Below, piece by piece: positions 57,766 through 64,000 of a stretch of 64,000 nt of DNA. The DNA is taken from sequence record MH133207.1; one strand, written 5' to 3'. The position numbers and the translations under genes are program-made. The notes beneath the pieces were generated by a model. That model saw nothing but the letters and a program-made list of their open reading frames with translations. It was not told where the DNA came from and made no database searches. This stretch comes from Acinetobacter phage vB_AbaM_B9. Position 1 is the stretch's first letter. The number at the start of each line of letters is the position of its first letter.

Positions 57766-58170
57766 ATGAGTGTTAATTATTCAAGTGTTATTTTAATTGG
57801 TGCTGATTACGATTCATTAACTTGGAATACATTAACTGACGAAGCTAAATCAATTATTCGAGAAGAGGTATTACAAGACTCACCTATTTGTTATGAATGG
57901 GATGATGAAAATAGTGAAATAACTAATCAAGATGAGGTTGAGGAAGCTTGGGAAGAGCAATGTATTTATGAGTGGGAAGATCGTAAAGGTGAATGGATTA
58001 ATGATTACTTTGGTTTTTCTGGAACAATTGGTAATTACTTCACTGGTGTAATTGATTATGTTGGCGTTGAAATTCATGATTTAAATGCTGATCACCAAGG
58101 CGCTATTGATGAGTGGTTTAAATCGTTTACAGTTAAGCCAGAATTACATCATGGTGTTTTAGTTTGGTGA
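57766..58170 (+). CDS. hypothetical acidic protein
   Basis: ORF track, 134 aa. Confidence 0.45.
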   Translation: MSVNYSSVILIGADYDSLTWNTLTDEAKSIIREEVLQDSPICYEWDDENSEITNQDEVEEAWEEQCIYEWEDRKGEWINDYFGFSGTIGNYFTGVIDYVGVEIHDLNADHQGAIDEWFKSFTVKPELHHGVLVW

Positions 58171-58176
58171 TTAATT

Positions 58177-58530
58177 ATGAGTTATGATATTGATGAAGCT
58201 CAAATCGATTACGATGATGAAGATTATGATGATCTGAATGAGCAAGAAAAATCAGCATATCAATTAGCTAAAGAAAGAAAAGACTTTATTAAGTATAGGA
58301 GATTTTCTCTAACACTTCATCCTAAGCAAATCTACCGATCTTTCCGTAAAACAATTAAGAAAGATTTGGATGTGTTCACTGAAGAAGAGTTGATGACAAT
58401 ATATCGAGTTCTTTGTGATGCTATGAATATGAAGAATGAAGATTTGAATCTTAAAATGTATAAGTATATTCGAGCAAGAGTTGAACGTGCCTATAATCGC
58501 AATAGGCAAAAATTAGGAAGGAATAAATGA
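58177..58530 (+). CDS. hypothetical protein
   Basis: ORF track, 117 aa. Confidence 0.45.
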   Translation: MSYDIDEAQIDYDDEDYDDLNEQEKSAYQLAKERKDFIKYRRFSLTLHPKQIYRSFRKTIKKDLDVFTEEELMTIYRVLCDAMNMKNEDLNLKMYKYIRARVERAYNRNRQKLGRNK

Positions 58531-58727
58531 CAACAAAAACTGAAGTTAAAAATTACGGAATTGGTTTTTTACCACTTCTAACAATTGTATTTATCGCACT
58601 AAAACTGACAGGATACATTGCTTGGTCTTGGTGGTTAGTTTTATTACCAATGATTATTCAAGTTGGTATCGGGGTAATTGCTTTATTGATTATTGGGATT
58701 ACTTATTATCTAGTCAAGAAATCATGA
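58527..58727 (+). CDS. small two-TM membrane protein
   Basis: 66 aa with two hydrophobic helices. Confidence 0.45.
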   Translation: MTTKTEVKNYGIGFLPLLTIVFIALKLTGYIAWSWWLVLLPMIIQVGIGVIALLIIGITYYLVKKS

Positions 58728-58809
58728 TAATATTTGTAGTTCCAATATTATTTCTATTTTTATATTATTTGTATATTGATTTGTTTTATTAATCAAGAGG
58801 GAGGATGTT

Positions 58810-60009
58810 TTGGATGTAAGTAAGTTATTTGATGGTTCTAGGAAGATTGAAGTCAAAGAGGAAAAACTTGGAGATGATTATTTTTTAATGGAACCACATA
58901 ACGAGAAACCTAACAGTTGTCCTCACGCTGTCTTTGATGTATCTGGATATAATGAAAATGATGTTGTTGCTTTAATTGACGGAGATTGGTTGACATTCTC
59001 CGCAACATCAAATGAAATGGAAAGATTTATTACTTGTGAGATTGATGGTAAAATTCATGAATTTTCTGGTTATGAGAAGTTAAAGGATTACTTAATTAGT
59101 CAAGGAAGACTTGATGAATATAAGGACATTAAAACACAGAAAGGACAACGTAATAAAGAGTTATATGTTTCTTTAGGTAATGTTAAAAAGAAAGTCTCCT
59201 CTATTGTAAAAGACATTGGTGCTAACAAAGTTATCATTGCTTTAGGAAGCACAGGTAATAAGCGACTTGATTTACCACTACCTAAGTATTATGGAAGGTA
59301 TAAAGGTAATCGTGATGATGGTTGGATTCCTGAAACATTACCAGCATGTAAAGAATGGACAAGAAAGAAATGGAAAACATGGTGGTCTGTTGATAAAGAA
59401 ACTGATGATGATGTTACTATTATTTTTCACATGTTATTAAACAAAGGTGTTAAGGTTTATATTGCTGGTATTGATAAGGATTATAATCAAGAACATTGGG
59501 GTGGTTTATATTTAATTGGACATCATAAGCAACCAACTTGGTACGATAACACAGAAGAAAATGCTTTAGGTTATCTAGAGATTGTTGAACGAGAGGTTAA
59601 GGATCGTAAAACAAAGAAAGGGACTGGAAGGTTTACATCTGATGTTAAAGGTCATGGTGATATGTTCTTAGCTTACCAAATCCTTTCTGAAGACAAGGCA
59701 GATAATTACTCAGGTAAAAGTTTCTTAAAGGAATTTGGAACTAAGAAGAAGTTTGGTGATAAAGAAGTTGTTAAATTATTATCTAAGTGTAAATCTAGAA
59801 AAGAACTTTGGCAGACTGTTTACAATGTATTTAAAAAGTATTTACCAAAAGAATTTGAATATATTGCTTGGAATGATGAAGTAATTAAATCATCTCCTTT
59901 ACATGCCTGTGACTTGTTTTATAAGTGTGCATGTATGATGAAGCATCAGGGATTTGAAGCTAATGTAACAGATTTATTTGATGAGTTGGGGGTTGATTAT
60001 GACACCTGA
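58810..60009 (+). CDS. putative 5'-3' exonuclease or flap endonuclease
   Basis: VVALIDGDWLTFSA resembles the N-terminal metal-binding motif of FEN/T5 D15-type nucleases. IAGIDKDYNQE resembles the GDKD motif. TTG start. 399 aa. Confidence 0.4.
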   Translation: MDVSKLFDGSRKIEVKEEKLGDDYFLMEPHNEKPNSCPHAVFDVSGYNENDVVALIDGDWLTFSATSNEMERFITCEIDGKIHEFSGYEKLKDYLISQGRLDEYKDIKTQKGQRNKELYVSLGNVKKKVSSIVKDIGANKVIIALGSTGNKRLDLPLPKYYGRYKGNRDDGWIPETLPACKEWTRKKWKTWWSVDKETDDDVTIIFHMLLNKGVKVYIAGIDKDYNQEHWGGLYLIGHHKQPTWYDNTEENALGYLEIVEREVKDRKTKKGTGRFTSDVKGHGDMFLAYQILSEDKADNYSGKSFLKEFGTKKKFGDKEVVKLLSKCKSRKELWQTVYNVFKKYLPKEFEYIAWNDEVIKSSPLHACDLFYKCACMMKHQGFEANVTDLFDELGVDYDT

Positions 60010-60562
60010 TGAGAAAATAGATGAAATAATCGAAAGATACCCTGAATTCTGGAAAACAAAATCAAGTTACATGTCTTACATTCGTGGGGGTGTAAGACAA
60101 GGTTTGTGGAATAGAAACAAGATAAAGCTCTTAAAGATTAAGAACAATCGTGTACAAATCCCTAATCCAAATCCAAAAGGAAAGAAAGAAACAGTTTGGG
60201 GTGGTGAGTGTGAAGTATGCAAAAATCTTTTCCCTACAGCTTCGTTACAAGTGGATCATATCCGAGATAAAGGAAGCAGCTTAAAGAATTTTTCTGATGT
60301 ATCTAAATTCATTGAGGATATGATTTTAATCACTGAAGATGATTTAAGAATTGTTTGTAAGAATTGTCATGACATTATTAGCCATTCACAGAAGAAGGGT
60401 TGTTCTTTTGAAGAAGCAAGAGTTCAAAAAGAATTCATTGAAATAAAAAAACAGAAGAAAGTGGTTGACAAACTTATTAGCTTGGGTGTAAACTCAATTC
60501 CAAAGTTAAAGAAAGATCAAGAATCTATTTTGTTAGAGATGATGTTACGAGAAGTTGACTAA
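59999..60562 (+). CDS. HNH endonuclease
   Basis: ORF 59978..60562 trimmed to ATG 59999. ECEVCKN...LQVDHIRDK...CKNCH is an HNH zinc-finger nuclease motif. Confidence 0.55.
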   Translation: MTPDEKIDEIIERYPEFWKTKSSYMSYIRGGVRQGLWNRNKIKLLKIKNNRVQIPNPNPKGKKETVWGGECEVCKNLFPTASLQVDHIRDKGSSLKNFSDVSKFIEDMILITEDDLRIVCKNCHDIISHSQKKGCSFEEARVQKEFIEIKKQKKVVDKLISLGVNSIPKLKKDQESILLEMMLREVD

Positions 60563-60611
60563 TCTTCATATGAAGATTTGGTTTGTTATTTATAATATTT
60601 AGGAGAGAAAA

Positions 60612-60926
60612 ATGATTGATGCTAAATTTTTAGAGCAAAATGCAGAAAAGACTTTTGATGAAATTATTGCTAAACCAGATAATCGTAAAGTGTTTGTTGA
60701 ACAGATTGGTAAATTGGCATCACAGAAAGCCACTATCGCTCGACAGCAAGAGGTTTTAAAGGATGATGTATCAATCGTAGCTGACGCTTTTAAGCTAAGT
60801 AAGACGGAAGTTAATAAGCTTGTAGAAGCTCAATTAAAGGATGATATTGAAGGTAGTGTTGAGAAGCTGGAATCGTTGATTGATAAATATCAAATTCTGT
60901 TAGGTGAAGCTGAAGACGATGAATAA
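60612..60926 (+). CDS. hypothetical protein
   Basis: ORF track, 104 aa. AGGAGAGAAAA RBS. Confidence 0.45.
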   Translation: MIDAKFLEQNAEKTFDEIIAKPDNRKVFVEQIGKLASQKATIARQQEVLKDDVSIVADAFKLSKTEVNKLVEAQLKDDIEGSVEKLESLIDKYQILLGEAEDDE

Positions 60927-61188
60927 TATTTTGAATGTTACGCTTTCTGACTTCTTACCAACAACAGAAGAGCTTGATAAGTTTTATGTTGTGTATAAGA
61001 ATCAGGAAGACATTCTAAGCGTTGATATTAAGGAGGGAGATGAAAGTCTCCTTTCTGAATACGATGCTTGGTTTGAAGATAAAGATTTAGATGCAGAATT
61101 ACTATTCAACGCTTTATTTATGTCTAAAGTATTTTACGAAGCAATCAATAATGTAGAGATTGTTGAGAAAGGAGAAGGTGATGACTAA
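60919..61188 (+). CDS. hypothetical protein
   Basis: ORF 60904..61188 trimmed to ATG 60919. Confidence 0.4.
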   Translation: MNNILNVTLSDFLPTTEELDKFYVVYKNQEDILSVDIKEGDESLLSEYDAWFEDKDLDAELLFNALFMSKVFYEAINNVEIVEKGEGDD

Positions 61189-61396
61189 AAAGATTTATAA
61201 TTTTAGTGTACCTATTTGTGGTGAAGAAAGTTTTAGTGTAATAGCTAGTTCTTATGAAGAAGCTGTAGAAAAGATTAATAGAGAAGAATATTATGTAAAA
61301 CCAACACTTGATGACATTGATTGGGATTTTGGTTTTAGGTCTGTCGAAGAAGAGTTACCTCGTTGTTACACTTTAGAAGACTATAATGGAGCGTAA
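61181..61396 (+). CDS. hypothetical protein
   Basis: ORF 61160..61396 trimmed to ATG 61181 after AGGAGAAGG. Confidence 0.4.
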   Translation: MTKKIYNFSVPICGEESFSVIASSYEEAVEKINREEYYVKPTLDDIDWDFGFRSVEEELPRCYTLEDYNGA

Positions 61397-61399
61397 TCA

Positions 61400-62389
61400 A
61401 TGAAGAAGTGGCAACAAACTGCTTTAGAATATAGAAAGCAAGGATTATCATCTCGTAAGATTTGTGATAAATTAGGATGGAGTCGAACTCGTAAAAGTAC
61501 GATTAACGACTTCTTCACACGTTATGATCGTGAACAACAAGCTGTAGATGCATTATTTAAATCATCTCAAGAAGAACCTAGCATTAAGATTCTTTATTTG
61601 GATTTAGAATATACATTCTCTTTCTCAGGACATTTCCAGAATTGGGGTGTTAATATTTCCCAAGATGCTAAGATTCGTGAGAGTCATTTGTTGTCTTATG
61701 CGTATGCTTGGAATAATGGTGAGATTAAAGGTGAAGTGTTAAAAGCAGAAGCTATCCAAAACGATCTATTACGTTCTATTGTTCAGAATGATGTTAAAAC
61801 AGAGATTGATTTTGACATGACGTTAAAGCTTTGGCACTTGTTAGATCAATGCGATATCGTTGTGGCTCACAATGGAAGGGGTTACGACATTAAGCAGTTA
61901 AATTCATTGTTCTTAAAATACGGTTTGTGTTTACCTTCTCCGTATAAAGTTGTTGATACTTTGGCAATTGCTAAGAAGATGTTCAAACTTCCATTTAAGA
62001 GTTTGAAATACTTAGCTCAATATTTGAATGTAACACAGAAGATTGATAACGGTGGTAATGATTTTTGGCGTTTGGCTTCTATCGGTTATTCAGATGAAGT
62101 TTTAAATGAAATGCTCACTTATAACAAAGGTGACATTGAAACATTGCGTGAAGTTTATTTGAAATTAAGGATGTATAATAATGATGGGGTTAATGTTGCT
62201 GCATTTGATGGTGGTGATGAGGTACGATGTCCTACTTGCTCTTCTATTGACTTATCTAAGCTAAACAAACAAGCTACGACAACACGACATCAATATGATG
62301 TTTACCGTTGTAATTATTGTCAAGCTTTAAGTCGTTCAGCGAATGTTAAAGGCGAAGCTAAATATTTGGTTCATGTGAATACGAATTAA
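61400..62389 (+). CDS. DnaQ-like 3'-5' exonuclease (DEDDh) with N-terminal HTH
   Basis: Exo I LYLDLE, Exo II VVAHNGRGYDI, Exo III YNKGD. 329 aa. Confidence 0.45.
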   Translation: MKKWQQTALEYRKQGLSSRKICDKLGWSRTRKSTINDFFTRYDREQQAVDALFKSSQEEPSIKILYLDLEYTFSFSGHFQNWGVNISQDAKIRESHLLSYAYAWNNGEIKGEVLKAEAIQNDLLRSIVQNDVKTEIDFDMTLKLWHLLDQCDIVVAHNGRGYDIKQLNSLFLKYGLCLPSPYKVVDTLAIAKKMFKLPFKSLKYLAQYLNVTQKIDNGGNDFWRLASIGYSDEVLNEMLTYNKGDIETLREVYLKLRMYNNDGVNVAAFDGGDEVRCPTCSSIDLSKLNKQATTTRHQYDVYRCNYCQALSRSANVKGEAKYLVHVNTN

Positions 62390-62459
62390 CCAAACAGTTT
62401 TAAATTTAAAAATATTGATTGACATACTTTTCGGAGTGTGTCATTATTTGTTTTATGAA

Positions 62460-62544
62460 GTCGGATGTACCTGCACTATTCTTCTAAAGTAGTACGTAAA
62501 AAGCAGGAAGGACGTGAGAGGTTCGATTCCTCCATCCGACGCCA
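62460..62544 (+). tRNA. tRNA-like gene with canonical 3' half but non-canonical 5' half
   Basis: 7-bp acceptor pairing GTCGGAT/ATCCGAC, discriminator G, CCA, and textbook T-arm GAGG-TTCGATT-CCTC. An internal hairpin ACTATT-CTTCTAA-AGTAGT could be an anticodon arm (TCT, Arg), but no regular D-arm can be drawn. Confidence 0.45.
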
Positions 62545-62555
62545 ATTGGAGGTTT

Positions 62556-62987
62556 ATGAAGATTAATTTAGAATATCCTTTCACTTATGAATTTAGGGAC
62601 GGTTATGTTAGAGTTTGTAGTGATGGTAGGAAGCGAATAGATTTAGTTAGATATGATGGTACTAGAACAACACTATCGTATTCAAGATATTTAATGGGTA
62701 CTGTAATTGGATATGAAATTACACCTTCGTATGAGGTAGATCATATTGATAGGAATTGTAGTAATGATAATATAGACAATTTACAAATATTATCAGTTAA
62801 AGATCATAGAGCAAAGACATCATTAGAAAATTCAACTGGTAGGACAACAGTTAAGTTGACTTGTCCTGTCTGTGGTTGTGATTTTGAACGTGAAAAAAGA
62901 CATGTTAGGGTTGATAAACCAAAATGCAGCAGGTCATGCAATGCTAAGTATAGCCGAAATAATTCGGGTTGGTTCCCAAAGAAATAG
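62556..62987 (+). CDS. HNH homing endonuclease
   Basis: ORF 62514..62987 trimmed to ATG 62556 after GGAGG. YEVDHIDRNCSNDNIDNLQILSVKDHRAKT is an HNH motif. C-terminal CPVCGC zinc ribbon. Starts 12 nt after the tRNA-like CCA. Confidence 0.6.
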   Translation: MKINLEYPFTYEFRDGYVRVCSDGRKRIDLVRYDGTRTTLSYSRYLMGTVIGYEITPSYEVDHIDRNCSNDNIDNLQILSVKDHRAKTSLENSTGRTTVKLTCPVCGCDFEREKRHVRVDKPKCSRSCNAKYSRNNSGWFPKK

Positions 62988-63009
62988 ATTTTAATATAGG
63001 AGAAAGAGA

Positions 63010-63699
63010 GTGACAGAAAAAATTTCAGAGATGACAGAAACAAGTAATGTAGAATTAACACCACAACAACAATATAAAAACATTTTAGAAAAAGCACTTC
63101 AAGCAGCAATCCTGTTAAACAAGATTATTCGTGGTAAATCTGTTGAAGAATATTCAGATGAAGAGTTATCTGAAGCAATCTTTACACAATCTAATGTTGT
63201 AACCAAAGAAGAAATTATTGAATGGATTTCTAATTATGGTTTAGATACAGTTGAGGAATTGGATGGTCAAGTAGATGTAATCTATACACTATCATACTTG
63301 CATTATTTGATTGAAGAAGCTAAACGCAGAGAATTTGTTGAAATTAACTATAAACACACCAACTTGATTTTAATGTTAGGTAATGTTGTATTGTCAAATC
63401 TGTCTACCGATGATGATGGGTATTATGACACATTAGAGGAAGCTGTTGATCGAATTATTGAAAACAACATGTCTAAAGTGACAACTGATGTTGAATATTT
63501 TAAAACATGGGAATCACCAAAAGGTGAAAAATTAATTCCTAAGTCAACAGTGGTTGATGGAACACGCTATTATTTGTTGGTTAATGCTGAAGGAAAGTGT
63601 CGCAAACCAGATCACTTTGTTAGTGTTGATTTAACAGATTTAGCAGAACGTTTAGAGAAACAATGGAATGGGGTTGTAAATGGCAAAGAAGAAAACTAA
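63010..63699 (+). CDS. possible MazG-like nucleotide pyrophosphohydrolase
   Basis: EELSEAIF ... EEIIEWISNYGLDTVEELDGQVDVIY resembles EExxE/ExxD all-alpha NTP-PPase motifs. GTG start. 229 aa. Confidence 0.3.
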   Translation: MTEKISEMTETSNVELTPQQQYKNILEKALQAAILLNKIIRGKSVEEYSDEELSEAIFTQSNVVTKEEIIEWISNYGLDTVEELDGQVDVIYTLSYLHYLIEEAKRREFVEINYKHTNLILMLGNVVLSNLSTDDDGYYDTLEEAVDRIIENNMSKVTTDVEYFKTWESPKGEKLIPKSTVVDGTRYYLLVNAEGKCRKPDHFVSVDLTDLAERLEKQWNGVVNGKEEN

Positions 63700-64000
63700 A
63701 GGAAAGCAGAGTGACCACATTCAACATCGTGTTGGTGTTTATTGTACAGAATCAGATTTGAAAGATGAAACAGTTGTTTTTCTAGCTGTTCAATGTGGAA
63801 TATTAACACCAAATGATTATGATATTGTTGATGTTGGTACTGATGAAAAGCCAGAAAAGAAGATTGTTGTTAAAGAATATTCTGAGAAAGCTATTCAAGC
63901 GATCTTAAAAAACCTGTTTGGTTTTAGGGATGGTTGGTATGAAGTTGAAGTTGTAGAGAAGCAGCGTACAAGGTTTGGTAATAAACTTGTGTACAATGAA
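63680..64000 (+). CDS. hypothetical protein (5' partial; runs off the window)
   Basis: ATG 63680. Open to the window end. Confidence 0.35.
   Translation, partial: MAKKKTKGKQSDHIQHRVGVYCTESDLKDETVVFLAVQCGILTPNDYDIVDVGTDEKPEKKIVVKEYSEKAIQAILKNLFGFRDGWYEVEVVEKQRTRFGNKLVYNE

Noticed and set aside
16897-63109. Antisense or embedded ORFs from the six-frame track (for example 16897..17103, 19450..19659, 20341..20529, 24856..25068, 29861..30088, 30115..30345, 30590..30931, 32009..32332, 33124..33519, 34884..35081, 35156..35464, 36160..36390, 36748..36957, 37510..37746, 42634..42870, 42768..42962, 43863..44153, 44940..45368, 45809..46048, 45813..46004, 48055..48345, 48750..48935, 49129..49314, 50417..50617, 51463..51648, 51503..51721, 52463..52651, 54172..54387, 55066..55287, 55432..55746, 57880..58077, 58309..58509, 62804..63109)
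   Set aside because: All lie inside or antisense to longer, motif-supported genes. They lack ribosome-binding sites and have codon-bias-driven low-complexity translations (Ile/Leu/Phe-rich from AT-rich antisense).
1-64000. CRISPR array or other long tandem repeats
   Set aside because: No regularly spaced direct repeats with unique spacers are seen. Only short 14-19-bp repeats in promoter regions.
1-64000. Integrase, repressor or attP, indicating a temperate lifestyle
   Set aside because: No tyrosine or serine recombinase-like ORF and no CI-like gene in the window. The tRNA-like element is adjacent to an HNH, not an integrase. The window is partial, so lysogeny cannot be excluded.

Overview
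The window reads as a contiguous piece of a low-GC (about 34-36 %), tightly packed double-stranded DNA phage genome. It has a contractile-tail (myovirus-like) structural module. No integrase or repressor is visible, so it looks virulent, but the window is partial. Because spanin genes are present, the host is most likely Gram-negative.

Layout along the window:
- 1-600: an AT-rich non-coding control region with sigma70-like promoters and palindromes.
- 600-4440: a rightward block of tiny early genes behind two near-identical promoters, closed by intrinsic terminators.
- 4440-5195: a convergent junction that includes a roughly 230-bp G-depleted tract.
- 5195-14380: a long leftward (minus strand) block of about 30 small genes, many chained by 4-nt ATGA overlaps. 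Within it are a PhoH-like ATPase, a ClpP/SppA-fold protease with a coiled-coil tail, and an embedded i-spanin/o-spanin pair.
- 14380-14772: a divergent promoter region.
- 14773-44460: a rightward late/structural block in this order: a GIY-YIG-like ORF in an AT island, a SleB-like hydrolase, a putative small terminase, large terminase, portal, S49 prohead protease-scaffold fusion, major capsid protein, connector proteins, a collagen-like protein, tail sheath and tube candidates, a chaperone pair, a 681-aa tape measure, baseplate proteins (hub, V-like spike, gp25/W-like, J-like, I-like), two holin-like membrane proteins plus a GH19 endolysin, and two paralogous tail fibres.
- 44460-64000: a DNA metabolism block with a DNA-binding protein, an HNH-AP2 endonuclease, dCMP deaminase, a T7 gp4-like primase-helicase, a T5orf172/GIY-YIG-like endonuclease with triple zinc-ribbon repeats, a family B DNA polymerase, a gp2.5-like ssDNA-binding protein, a FEN-like 5'-3' exonuclease, a second HNH, a DnaQ-like exonuclease, a non-canonical tRNA-like gene immediately followed by a third HNH, and a MazG-like protein.

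All product calls are motif-level readings of the supplied translations plus gene order. No database search was possible.
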